Part shown: in pieces, positions 23,041 through 36,310 of the stretch
Position numbering within the stretch: the first letter of the stretch is position 1
Layout: every line of letters starts with the position of its first letter
Assembly (NCBI GenBank): GCA_028534125.1
Contig: CM052817.1
Coordinates: 39,246,001-39,310,000 of the forward strand
Direction: 5' to 3'
Length of the DNA stretch: 64,000 nt
Origin: Lama glama
Lineage: Eukaryota
The notes under the pieces: generated by a model
What the model was told of the DNA's origin: nothing
The model's input: only the letters and a program-made list of their open reading frames with translations
The model's database searches: none
Program-made: the position numbers and the translations under genes

Positions 23041-23904
23041 CATGCAGTTCATATACGTTCATCCAACTTATGTGAATATTTGCTTTATCTTTCATTTCTT
23101 CTTTCACATGTGCCTAAAATCTGCTTTGGTTAGTAAAGGCTCAAAAATGCTGAGGCTGAAGTTGAATCCAGGAAACAAGGTTTCTTTGTGTATTCTTTCA
23201 GCAAAGCAGGAGGCTGCAGCTCATTGGAACTCATCTTCCTACATACTCAAGTGCCTCCAGAGAATTGGGAGAGCTGGGCATGAATATGTAGACACGCAGG
23301 AAATGAGCAAGGCAGATGTTGCGCCGATCTCTGCTGGGCCATTTTAGATCATAGCGGCTAATATACAGCACCTTTTTTGGCTGCCAACATTTTTTTTTTT
23401 TTTTGGTCCCTGTTTATCAACCTCCTCTCCTCCCTCTCCTCTACTGCCAGACCCCTGCATTTACATTTTTCCGTTCCTAGGAAAAGCATACTTTTGATTT
23501 TTTTTTTTTTACAGAGCAAGTTAATTCAAGCCAATCCAAAGAATGTATCCAGTTGGCAGAAGAACTCATTGTTTTCAAAATGCCGTGACATGTGAACGTT
23601 AAGATCCCTCTGTCCCCATCCCATCACCACCTCTACCATCCCTCACAGGCTTCCTTGGTGGCCTTGCACTGTGGGTAACTCGATGGCAGATTTTTTTTTT
23701 TCCTGAAATTGGTTAATGCATTCTCTTTGGTTATCTGAGTCCAGTTCCAGGGAAGTGTTGGCATGGGTAGCTTAACCTTTGTTTTCCCTCCCTCTATATA
23801 CTGGATGGCACTACTGAGGTCCTGCCAGGGGGTCATGTTCTCAGACTTTTTTATACCAGCAACGATGAAGCAGCCCATTCAAGGTGTATGCTTAGATTCA
23901 GCTG

Positions 23905-24320
23905 GGGTCATTCATCCATCCATCTATTCGTTCATTCTTCAAGTGTTTACTGATTAATAGCTGTGTTCTGGGCGCTGTATTAAGCAACAGGGTTACAGTG
24001 GTGAATAAGACTGATGTGGTCCTGCCTTCATGGAGCCTGTATTCAAGTGGGGAGACAGATAGTAACAAGCAAACCATTAACAACATTACTACAGATTGGC
24101 ACAGCTGCGGGGACACCATACCAAGAGGGATGGGATAGAAAGGCACTGTGGAGGCCCCGTTAGAGAGCTGGCCAGTGCAGACTCTTCTTAGCGGGTGAGC
24201 AGTGGGTTTAAGTTTGAAGGGAGAGAATAAATCAACCATGAGGAACGTGTGGGCGGGAACACATTCTAGAGCATCACATGGGAAGTTCTGGTGGTGGCAA
24301 AAGTGAAGGAGGAAGAAGAG
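23905..24320 (-). mobile_element. L2 3' end
   Basis: tcattcatccatcc...tgtttactga...gtggtgaataagactgatgtggtcctgccttcatggagcct...ggggagacaga. Confidence 0.8.
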
Positions 24321-25859
24321 ACAAAGAACATGATGTACCTCCCTGATTCAGGAGAGACTGAAACTTTTTCCAAGATTCCCCTTTTGTAGAATTACTTGAA
24401 GCATGATCTGCATCTGTTGATAACCACTGCATTTTCACACTTTTTCTCTCATTTCACTTTGAATATTTTGTAAGGTGGTTGTTGATGTACTTGGTGATAT
24501 TTATGTTACCAAGAAAGCAGTCTGAAATGTAAGCAGACTAGCTACCTGCAATCTCCCTGCCTTGACGTGAATTCTCATTTAATATTCAGAGGATATAACA
24601 TTTGCTTAATGCACACCAGATTTGCTTCTAAACCAATAACCTGGGACCCCCAAATCCTTATTATACCTTCTTATCCTTCTTATTCTGTTTTCCTAAAGAA
24701 ACTGTATTTGAAGGAGAATTTATCCTTGAGATGTCATTAAATCTACCATTATGTGATTACTCCTAAGATTGTGAATGTATTATAGGCAACTGTTTCTAGT
24801 ATATACTGTTCTTATGGAAAACCAGTCTGCAAAGTGGTAGATTTCACCAGTCGTGTTTAAAATTAGCAGTGAAGATACGCAGAAGCTCAGAGTTCTGAAT
24901 ACATGGAGCTGTGAGCCATCAGAAACCCTTAACTGCTGAGAAGTCAGCACTTTCATTGGAAGAGACCTGAACTCTGGTTCCCTTTGTGTGACCACGGTGT
25001 CACCACCTCAGTGTCCCAGAGCTGCTGCATATCATTATGTAACAATCATAAACAACCCATAAAGCAAGGTCTTTTTTCTATTAACAGCTACTCTGAATCA
25101 CTTCATGATTATTTGGAAGGTTGAGTGACCATGAATAAGCCACACCAAGACCTACCGCCCAGAGACCTTCTCAGTCTTCTGTGTTGTCTTAGCCTTTTCT
25201 ATTACTTGATTTTCTTAAAAACATAATTCTAGTAGAATTTATCTTTGAAAGTCTTAAATTTAACCATGAAGCATAACCAAATTTTTGGATAAATAATGTG
25301 GGAGGTAAAAAAGGAATGCACATTTGTGTTGTTAGATTTCTGATTTATCCCAACGTTGAACAACATGCATGTAACTCTACTGCCTCCCAAACCCCAACTA
25401 AATGATTAGTGAAAAAGAAAGTAGGAGACGAGATGAGAAAACCACAGCTGAAGACAAAATTTTGAAGGATGGCAAATCAATGGGCATATGGAAATTAAAT
25501 TATTTTGCTCAGTTACATATTTTAGCTTCCTGAACTGTACATCAACAGACGAGAAAAAGATTACAGTGATCTTTTTTCCCCCTTAGGAATCCCAAACAGT
25601 TTGCAATATTGTCCATTGAAAATTGAGCTGCAAAAAGCTTGAGGATTTTTAATTTCAGAATATCAAAATGTTTAAGGCAATTACAAAAGCCTTATTACAA
25701 TTACAAAAGTTATAATTTTGACTATTTGGGGGTAGATATGAGCAAGGTGAGAGCTCGGATTCAAATTTAGATATGAGAAGCCAGAAAGAACATACCAGGG
25801 CAGTTGTGTGGTTAAGAGGTTAAGCTTGGTGTGTGTAGTTGCACTGAGTATTGATTCAA

Positions 25860-26020
25860 TAGTAAGAAGAACTTTTTAACAATTGGAGCTTTCCTAAAAT
25901 GGAGTGGCTGCCTTCCGGAGTAGTGCGTGTGAGTGTCCAAACATTGGATGTATTAGGAGGCATTGCTGTGATCAATGGGAAACAAGACTAGATGACCTAT
26001 AATGTCCATTGTGTAATTCT
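25860..26020 (+). mobile_element. L3/CR1 3' fragment
   Basis: aagaagaactttttaacaatt...tggagtggctgccttccggagtagtg...gactagatgacctataatgtcc. Confidence 0.55.
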
Positions 26021-26214
26021 AATGTAAGTGGTAAAATACTCAAAATTTTCTAGTTTCTAATTCCTATTACAGATAGTTTATCTCATATCATGCTTTTACT
26101 TGACCATGTGGTTAAGAATCCCAAGATCATAATATAGGACATCTTTATGGTGTGGTACCCCTAAAATACTCTGTATATGAGTTACATGGTGTGGTGTCTA
26201 TGGGGTGGTGCTCC

Positions 26215-27010
26215 TGATTCTATATTCTCACAGCTGTTTTTCTTCTTCCATTTATTTCCCATCTCAATAACTCAGACCTGAGAGACATCTTCCATTCTTC
26301 CTCTGTCCCATGCCAACATCAATCCGTAAGTAAGTCCTGTTTTTTTTTTTAACTTCTAAATTAGATCTCACATCCATTTCTTTCCACCTCCATTCAAACT
26401 GCCATCAGCATAAATACAATCATCCCCTCCAACTCCTGGGTTCCAAATAATCTTACAATAAATTTTAGTTTAAAAGGCTCCACATGAACTGGCTCTTCCT
26501 TTTCTTGTCAGCCTCCTCTCAACGTTCCTCTCCCTCTTTGTCACTCTGCTTTAGCCACACTGGCCTTTTTTCTTTTCATTGAAGCACAGTCAGTTGCAAT
26601 GTGTCAATTTCTGGTGCACAGCACTGTCCCAGCCATATATATATCCCCTTCCTGCTCTTGGCCCTGGTGTTTTCTTTTCCCTCTGTCTAGAATGTTCACT
26701 GCTCGGCTTCTTTGTAGCATTCCCATCTCTTCACTTGACCATTTTCATCCTTTAGGTCTTAGCTCAGATGTCACCACTTCTGAGAAGCCTTCCCTGGCCA
26801 CCTATTTTCCAGAACCTCCCTCAGCTACTCTCACTCTTTATTTCCTTCATGACAAAATGTGTGTGCGAGTTGCTCGTTAATGTGCTTGTTTATTTGACTA
26901 ATTTTCTATCTCTACCACTTGAATGTGAACTTTAGGAAAACAATGATCTTGTCCATCTCGTGTAATCCTAGATTTAACTGGCATATGATATGAACACAAT
27001 ACACATGTAT
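26215..27010 (+). mobile_element. L2 fragment
   Basis: tttagccacactggcctt...ccctctgtctagaatgtt...cttagctcagatgtcaccacttctgagaagccttccctg. Confidence 0.7.
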
Positions 27011-29058
27011 ATGATGTTTATATTTAGTCACAGATCATTTTCCAAACTTAATTCATAATCCTTGCTGGGTCTTTAATTCTCAGTAGTGATGTATTTCTGA
27101 AACATTCTCTACTGTCTTCCAAAAGAGAAGCTTTCACCAAAATTCAGCCTTGAATGTTTCCAAATTCTTTTGGGCTGGGTAAGAAAATAGAGAATGAGGC
27201 ACAAAGAAAAGGCCCTGGGCTGCTAATAACTATACATCTGAAATATAAGTCATTTTAAAGATCTCAGAGGCCCAGAAGCCCCCCGTCTGGATTCTCTTTT
27301 CAGTATTCTTTCTGATCTGATGGATTTTACCCTCATTGCTTAATTTTCATCATTATCATTACTTGTCGTCTTTGGACAGAGAATCGTATCAGCACAGCAG
27401 TTTGTACAAGCTGCTGTCTACTGTCAAATTTGTTAATGTCCTTATTACAGCATATAAAACCTTCGTCCTCTGCTGAGCTATCAAAGGCCTACTATCCGTC
27501 AACATGTCAATCAGAACAAAGTGACAAAGTCTTCATTCTTGTCTTGCAACTTGAAAAGCCATTTAATATTGAACAATCCACTCAGCCTGTATGCTTTGTT
27601 TAGAATCTTATTCTTTCACTCCATTTTTTCATATAACCCCTTCTGTGCCTCTAGATATATAGAAACCTAAATATGTTCTCCAAAGATGAGACCCGGGGGA
27701 GTGAATGCCAATCAGTCCTTCCATTGATTTGCTTAAGCATTCCCTTGGAGATTCTGATTTACAAATAATTTCCATAATCATATATAGATAATGTAAGGGC
27801 AAACTTTGGTCTAGTCCCCATGCAAATAATTTAACACTACATCTTATGAGGTTGTTATTAAATAAAGTTTCATAGGCAGACTTTTGAGAAATAGACATTC
27901 TAAACATTAGCCTTCATGTGTCCCTAAGTTTTTTTTTTAAAAGAAATGCCTCTAAAAAAACTTGAAAAAAAAAAAAGAAAGAAAACATAAAAGAAATGCC
28001 TCTCATGTCTGAGCAAACACTCGATACAAGGAAATCTTGATATCTTTAATCTCATCAAGGATCAAATCGGGGTTTTTTTGGAATTTTCAGTTTATTGAAT
28101 ATTTATGCATGTTTTAAGCTTTAATATTAACTTAATAATAATAAATTACAAAACATATTAAATACTTTGTAAAATAGAGTATACTGAATATAGATTAATC
28201 TTTATTTGTGACTTGCAGTCATTAGTAACATTAACTCTTAAACTTCTTGTTATAACACAATGGTGCTCTCAGGAACCACTGAGGAATTTGGGACTGTTTG
28301 CCTCGATAACAGATGGGCATCAGGGTGTGCCTTTGTCTGCCTTTGTAATTTTTTGCGTCCATTACCACTGGGCTGCATCCCCCCATCGCTGACGTTAGGA
28401 CTTTTAGTAGCGTTCTTCTTCCCCCTGTTATTTAGCTGCTTCTGCTTCTATCTTACAAGAGTTTCCATACTTGTTAGAGAGGAGTCAGACCACATGTACA
28501 GAGATACTTGAGGCAGAGCTTGGGAGCCTCAATGAAAGGACAGTACATAGACTCTCATAGGTTGTCTGTGAAGATGAAATGAAATCTCGTATGTAAGTGC
28601 TCAGCCATGGAGGGTACTCAGTAACTGTTAAGACTTCTTTCTTGCCTTCATCTCTGCTTCCTTGACTTTCTTTTTGGCATCAAGTAGAAATCTTTCCTAT
28701 CTTGAGCCCTTAGTGAGGTCATTGATCAAAATGAGAGAGGCTCTTTCCTTGGAAGTGGTAAGAATTATCTCCATCAAATGGCATCAGAGGGTGAAGAGAA
28801 GCAACTCTGTCCAGTGCCTTCCTTCAGGAACCTGCCCTGAGTCCCCTTCTTAGCCTTGTCCCAGGAACAGGTTAGGGGATGGGGGAGAGAGGAGGAGGAG
28901 GAGCTTGTTCCCTTCTTGCTGTGCCTCCACCTATAAAAGCCTAGATCTCTGTGGTAAAGATGTGAGGAGGGGGGGAGTTCCCCATGCAAGTTTTTAGTAC
29001 ATATACATTATGACTACTGTTCATTGCACTGTGAAAATGCAGTGAATGGAATCTTGTT

Positions 29059-29199
29059 TTTTTTTTTTACATTTTTATTGATTCATAATCATTTTACAGT
29101 GTTGTGTCAAATTCCAGTGTTCAGTACAATTTTTCAGTCATACATGGACATATACACACTCATTGTCACATTTTTTTCTCTGTGATTTATCATAACATT
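29059..29199 (-). mobile_element. Young camelid-type L1 3' end (141 bp) with perfect 16-bp TSD
   Basis: Poly(T) plus acatttttattgattcataatcattttacagtgttgtgtcaaattccagtg...; TSD tgaatggaatcttgtt at 29043-29058 and 29200-29215; TTT/AACA-type endonuclease site on the minus strand. Confidence 0.9.
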
Positions 29200-29959
29200 T
29201 GAATGGAATCTTGTTAAACAGTAATCTACTTATTAATTCAATAAATACTAAGTGTCAGGCACTGAACATTTTCCAACAAATAGAAGAAGGTAGTCCAAGA
29301 CCTCAGACAGCAAGTCAACATGGAAGTATGATATATGCTGGAAGACAGGAAGATGTAGTGTGTTGTGGAAACCCAAAGGAGCACCTGAACCAGACCACAA
29401 TGGTGAGGGGGTATGTGTGTGTAGGTAGAGGGAGGTGGTTAGAAGTGTGACTCCTGATTTGAATCTGAAAGAGTGAGTAGGAATTATCCAGGCAAAAGAG
29501 AGCTGGAATATTACAGAAAAGACTTAGTTTTGGATTCAGAATAGGGTTCAGAAGTTCTCAAGTTGAACACATAATCTTTTGATACACTTTATATTTTGTT
29601 TGCTTGATAATATTTTGCTATTGCCTTTGAGTTTTTCTTTCCTTGTGTTTTACCTTTGCTTATTTTATTTGTGAGAGGTTCCTTTAGAAAATGCTAGACT
29701 TTCTTAGTTGCACTAGGGAAGTTCTTAAAAATTAAAAAATGAAAGAGATTAATCCACTTTTGGGCCATAGACTGACTGACAGCGTAGGGATTGGTGATGC
29801 TGCAAGAGAACTCACGTGAGAGACTCACAAGACAGGAGAAAACTCAGGAAACTTGTGAGCAGCCCTAATTTACAGTCCATTTCCACAGCTGTCAAATGGG
29901 AACAGCATATCTAGCAAGGAAGTAAGAAGGTAGCTTTGTAGACAGACGGCTCTCGTTTT

Positions 29960-30225
29960 CACCCTAGCACTGCGATTTACTTTGTGATCTTGGACCCATC
30001 ATTTAACATCTCTTTCCCTCAGCTTCCTTATATATGAAATGTGAAAGAAAAAAACTCAATACCTATTTTTAAGATTTACTATGAGGGTTAGATGAGTCAG
30101 TATTTGTAAATATTTATCTAGCACTAAAAAAAATCAAATATTATTATTACTATCATCAATATGACTTTAAAAACAGCTACTGTATGTAAAGAGCACAGCC
30201 CAGTGCCTGGCACATGGTGATGACT
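29960..30225 (+). mobile_element. MIR SINE
   Basis: tgtgatcttggacccatcatttaacatctctttccctcagcttccttatatatgaaatg...tgagggttagatgag. Confidence 0.7.
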
Positions 30226-33200
30226 ATTGCCTTCCTTCTCTTCCCGCTCCTCCACTTTTTCTCCCAGTTTCTCATTATCATCTGTTTCAAATGGGTATTT
30301 TCAGCCAATATTTTGTCCTTTCTTTGCTAAAAGAACCTTAATCCTGGGTCAGTGTTATAGTTTAATCCCGAATTGTTCTCTGATTTTTTTGTGGAGTGTC
30401 TATCTTTCCTTTCTGACTAACCTGAGGAGAGGAACCAGGCTTAATACCAATAGTACAATGCTGAGAACGTATCAGGTGTTCTGTAAATTTTTGTTGAATG
30501 GATTATCAAATAATTGGTAATGACTGAATAATCTTGATTGTTTGAGAATGGGAAAATAATCTATCATTGGTGAAGGTCCTCTAATTTTTTATGTGCTGAG
30601 TATTCACCCAAGAGTTAAGAATGCTTCAGGACTTGATGGAAGATTTCCAGGTCGATAGTGTTAGTTTTTATCTACTCCTGATAGAAACACTTTTCTTCTC
30701 TTTAAAATAAAATATTTTCATCACTTCTAATATTCTTATTTAAAAAAAATATTTGCCTTCTTCATTTTAATTGATCAGGCACTCAGAAAATAGGGTCTTT
30801 GGAAACACTGAAATTTTCCCTATACTGTACGTGTTTCAGTGAGTTCTTACTTGTGATTTGGTAAACCCAGAGAAGTTATCACTAAATGTAAGTGATTTAT
30901 AGCTTTTTCTCTCATATAACTCTCCCTACTTTAATACCATGTATCTATTTTCTTCTTATAAAGTGCAGTTCTGTCAAAAAAGGTATCTGGAAGTACTTCG
31001 CAATTCATCTGCTTAATCCTTCATAGAATTAGGCCCACATCAGTCATTCCTACTCCCATTTTCTGTATGAAAAGCAGAACCGATGACCGACATGGAAAAC
31101 CTGCAGAGTTAGGTGCCGAAACACTTCCTTGTACTTCATCCTTTTTCTTTACCAGATTTCGAAACTCAGTCTTGTGCTTTGACACTTTCCATTTTCATTA
31201 CTTCATCCTGATTCAACTTAGGTTTATAGCTGGTTTTCCTTTCCACCAGCTTCTGTTTTATTAGTAGGTTGAGAATGATTGCCTCCAAGCATCTGAGGCA
31301 TTAAATCACTCAGCTCTTGCCCAGCAGTTCCCCACGTGTGTCTTGCCCCTTATTTATTCAATACAACAAAATTACCCACAAATACACAAAAGTCATCCAA
31401 GGAACTCATGATCAGTGAATTTGCCCAAATACAGTCATTGCTTCTTCCCATCCTGATCACCTTTCTTTGTGGTTCCTTGGCTCTTAGTTTTGACTTCCTG
31501 ATCTTTCCATTTTTCAAATCCACTCTTAAGGACCTATTTAGTCTCCCCTCCCTGCTTTGGGTTTGCTTTCCCTTATGTGAGCCATTTGGATCTTGACCTT
31601 GTGCACATCGAGGACTTTGATTGTCTGCAAGTTTGGTTTGAAGATATCCTCCCCTAGCTCTTCCCAGAAAACCCCACCAGCCTGGTTCACCACTGATTAT
31701 CTCCTCCTACCCACGTGGGAGAAAAAGGATTTAGACGTTTACTTCATTCTTCCTAGCTGAATGTTTATGCAGTTAAGTAGTCAACACCACTTCACTAGTC
31801 ATAACCCTTTGAGACATAGCTGAAAAAATTCATTGTAATTTATTTTCTTTTCTAATTTTTGTCTTTTATACAAGCTCAAAGTTATGCCCACATATACAAA
31901 TAGTTTAAGTGGTTCAATAAATTAATAAAATCAGGCAAATGAGTAGAAAGATAATCATGCTGTTTGTAGGACATTAAAGTGATAAAACAATTGATGCCTT
32001 ACTGACTAAAAATAAAGCTAGTTCTTCACTTAGCTCTATCTAAAGTCTAATCATTTGGTAAGATAGTCATATGCATGTAAATTAGCTCATAACTTAACAA
32101 TACAGCTTTTTCAAGGCTGTCTTCCCAATAGCTGATAGACTTAAATTTTGAAAGCAGTGTAGTATTTATGTGTTTTTCATTTGTATTGAATTTTGATAGA
32201 GGAGGGCTTAATATTCCTATGGAATTTATTGTACAATGCAGAGTGATAAGCAGTTCAAATATAATGGCAGAATTTTCTTAAATAATATTTAATTGGAAAA
32301 AATAGTTGAGGGGCTATGAAAATACATGCTAAGATTTTTTTCCAATAATGTTAGAACATAATCTTTTTAGGGGGTACATATTAAAGTATCATTGTGTCTT
32401 ATATACAGAGATTACAGATAGAAGGATAGATTCAGGATTTTTTCCCTCCCTGAGCTAATTCTCATCAGATAATAATTTCAGAAACTAACATTTTATAAGT
32501 CACTTGCTCTATCCCAGGAAAACATAAACTATGTGCTAATGCAGATGTTTGGAGGGGGAAATGTTATATCTTTTCTGAGTGAAAGGGAGAAAGTGACCTC
32601 CATGAGATTTAAAGGATAGCATGTGACAGTAGGTGCTGCAATTAGAAGTCATTGTGGTCTTCGCAGTAACAAACTATTATTGAACGACACTCTCAGGAAA
32701 ACATTAACAAAGCAGTATTTGGGTGAGTGACTTGATCTATCTATGAAGGGGTAGATGGGGGGTAGGGGAGAGGAGATATAGCTCCAATGACTAGGAAAAA
32801 TAGCCTGAAGTGGCTGGTTCAGACACAGGTGGCCAACATCTTTTATCAAAGGAAATCAAATGATTATCATCTGCAATATGAGAGTTAAGAGTACTATCCT
32901 TTTACATCTTGGCTTAGGAACTTACGAACTATACCCATTTGAATTCAGTCTACCTTTACTATCTTTGAATTCATATAGCATTCTTGGGAAGTATTTATGG
33001 GTGTGATTAATGATGGACTAGTCTGACAGCTATAAATTTAAATAGTATGTGAAAGCCAATACAATTAATTAAAAAAGTAGAAACTTTCATCAAAATTCAT
33101 TGAGTACCCTTCAAGGGCTATGATTTTGGATAAGAAGTGGTAGGGTAGAGAAGTACCAATTAACTAAATAGAAGGGATAACATGACGAAATTCCATCAAG

Positions 33201-33959
33201 CAGGCGTACTTTCACAGTTTGTCTCTGGGGCTGGTCTTCTGATTTTGGAAGGACTTGACAAAGAGAAGGAAACTTTGCTTAAGTTTGATTCTGAGAACAT
33301 GCCTGATACTTTGTGATTTTCTTGGTATCAATGCATTTTATTGATTTTCATTCTTATTATGGATGTCATTGGAGTATTATTATTTTCTTTTATATTAATA
33401 CAGAGTGTTCACTACTGTTGAGAAAGAAATGTTCACATGTGTCACTCTTAGACTATACGTGAAGGTATAATTTATCTCCTGGTCCACCAGATGTCTACTA
33501 TTGTTTGTGAAGTCATGTCTCTTAGTAGTGGTTAAAGTATAACTACTTTTCCTTGGATATTCCATAGATTCTTCATCTGCCAAAATTCTTCTTCTGTGTG
33601 ACAATCAACCTTTTTAGTAGTAATTTTTGGTTTGGTTGTTATAATTTAATATAATTGTATAAAACTTCCTGCTTAATTACTGTCCACCTGTCTATTATTT
33701 AAGAGCAACTGAAGTTATTATTAATTCCAATTATTTGACATAAGAAAGTGGGCCTAAAGTGTATAACCTTATTTATTATTTGGGCTCCTTATTCTTAACC
33801 ATTTTTGTCTTACAAACCACTCAGAGAAGCTGATGAAATCCTGAATTAACCTGTCCAGAAAAGTACATGTGTGTTGATGTATGCAGAACTTCAAATGTAG
33901 TTTCCAGGGGTTTGTGGTTCATTGAAACCCAACCATGGCTCAGTGGACTCCAGTTTAAG

Positions 33960-34390
33960 AACCCCTGCTTGGTGTGCTTGAGGTTCTACCTATATCCCCG
34001 CCACACTCAAAATTCCCAGGCGACAGCTTCTTACTATACGTTTGTGTGACTCTACAGGGGAGTGCTCGCCCACATGGAGGACAGGTCAGGTGCCTGGATG
34101 TTAACACCCTAGAATACATCTCAACCAGTGATGGATAAATACCCCAGTTTCATCACCCATCAAGCAGGACAGCTTGGAGGCATTTTCTACACCATCTTCC
34201 AAGGGTCCTCAGCAGCAAGGGACCCCTTTTGACCACAGTGGTAACCTGCTCACTAACATGCTGATACTGGCTTTCTTCCCTTCCGTGTCCCACTCCCCTC
34301 CCCTCCAATGGATCCTTCCCTATATCAGCTTTCAAATAACCTACTTGTAATGAAATCTTAATTACAGTCTTCTTTTGTGGGAACCAAACT
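33960..34390 (+). mobile_element. LTR16A/C-like ERVL solo LTR
   Basis: ggataaataccccagtttc...ggaggcattttctacac...cacagtggtaacctgctcactaac...tcaaataacctacttg...tgggaaccaaact; the terminal aagaca is displaced to ~34930-34935. Confidence 0.75.
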
Positions 34391-34925
34391 CTTCCAGTTC
34401 TCAGTGCCATTATAATAAATCACCCTAAAACTTAGTGGCATAAAACAAGAACTTACTATTTTATTATGCCCCTGTAGTCGCTGGGTTAGGAATTCAAGTA
34501 GGGCACAGCAGGGATGGTTTGTCTCCACTTGATGATGTCCTCAGGTGGGAATACGCAAAGGCTGGGGATAACAGGTGAGGTCTGGAATCACCTGAAGGCT
34601 CCTCCAGCACATATCTGAGGGCTGAACTGGGGTGACTCAATGCCTGAGCTCAGCTCAGAGTGGCAACAACCTGAGAACTTACAGGCAGCTTCTCCAGCAT
34701 GGAAGTGTCAAGGTGGTCACTCTTCTTACATGGTGGCTAGCTTTCCCGAAGGTGAGTTTCCCAAGAGAACCAGGTAGAAGCTCTGTGGCCCTTTTGGATC
34801 TAGCCTTTGAACTTGTACAGCATCACCTTGGCTACATTCTTTTGATTACAAACTCATCACTAAGTTGGCCCAGGTTGATGGAAAGTGTATCAGAATTTGC
34901 ATATATACTTAAAAACTTCCACACA
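34391..34925 (-). mobile_element. MLT1 (G/H-like) solo LTR inserted into the end of LTR16
   Basis: aaatcaccctaaaacttagtggcataaaacaa...ggaattcaagtagggcacagcagggatggtttgtctc...cttcttacatggtggct...ccaggtagaagct...aaaacttccaca. Confidence 0.8.
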
Positions 34926-35629
34926 AATTAAGACAGAGTTATTGTGCAAGGAGGAGGATTTGGTTCCTAATGAAAGCAGTCTCCCTTAGAAAGCTTTAGT
35001 AAGTAAATATGGAAAACTACATTAGCAACCTTTGTTATTCTACTATTCTACCAGGTTGTTCATTTCTATTAGCACAGGTGCAGCTGTAAGTCAGCCAAGA
35101 ACTGATACATCAGATTCCTTTTTAATTTAATCTAATTTAAAATGCACTGGAAATTATTTTTTGATGAGAATAATAGAGTGAATTTACTTATATAGGATTT
35201 TCTTGAAGCTGATCATACATGTAATTGCGTTTTTGAACATCAGTTGTAATTTGGTACTTTAATAAATATGCATCTGATCTTGAATTCTAAGTTTAAATTA
35301 GGCAGAGAAAGCAAAAGAAGGAAATACCAGACATTGCTTTGTGAAGGATAAAAGGTAACATGCAGAGGTCTATGTGTATTTAACAGTACTAAGTTCATGT
35401 TAACAGGAGCTTAGAAAATTGCTTCCTCTCTTGATAGGAAAATAAAAGGGTAAATCATAATATCATGTAGTATCTGATCTGAAATGAGACCTAAAAGTCC
35501 TTTTAGTTCCAACTCTCCACTCCTTTTCAGAGGAAGTCTTGAGAGATTATGTATGTAGATTTTTAAATACATAATTTAGGTTCAGAAATGTTGCTTAGTT
35601 TGCTATCTACAATAATTAAAATAGCCAAA

Positions 35630-35845
35630 TAAAATAAAACTATAGAAAAAGTAAAATGATTGGTAATTGTCAGGGGTTCAGGGGGAGGAATGAAGGATAA
35701 ATAGGTGAAGCACATAGGATTTTTTAATTGAAGCACAGTCAGTGAAATTACTCTGTATGACACTGTAATGGTGGATACAAAACATAATGCATTTGTCAAA
35801 ATCTGTAGATGTGTACAACACAAAGACTGAACCTTAATGTATGCT
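35630..35845 (+). mobile_element. L1MC-like 3' fragment
   Basis: ggtgaagcacataggatttttt...actctgtatgacactgtaatggtggataca...gaaccttaatgta. Confidence 0.7.
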
Positions 35846-36310
35846 GCTATGGACTGAGCTGTGTTCATATGCTGAGACCCAAGCCACCAGCGTAACTATA
35901 TAGAGATAGGAGCCTCCAGGAGATAATTAAAGTAAAATGAGATCACAAGGGCGTGGCCATAATCTAATAGGATTGGTGGCCTTATAAGAAGAGGAAGTGC
36001 TCTCTCTCTCTCTCTCCTCCCTCTTCCCTTCTTCCTCCCTCCTTCCTCCCTCCCAGTCTCTGTCTCTGTCTGCCTCTCTCCCTGTGTGCACACATTGAGG
36101 AGAGGCCATGTGAGGACACACTGAGACGATGTCCATTTGCAAGACAGAAGAGAGCTTCACCGGAATCTGAACCCTGCAGGAGCTTTGATCTTGGACTCTC
36201 CAGCTTCCAGAACTGTGAGGAAATAATGATACGCACGAGAATATTTGAGAAAGATCTGTTTTTCTGAAGTAAGGAAACAGCATCTATTTTGTCATGAACC
36301 CTCTGATTAT
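35845..36310 (+). mobile_element. MLT1A-like solo LTR with internal CT-rich tract (~36000-36080)
   Basis: tgctatggactga...ggattggtggccttataagaagagg...ggccatgtgaggacaca...ttgatcttggactctccagcttccagaactgtgag. Confidence 0.8.
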
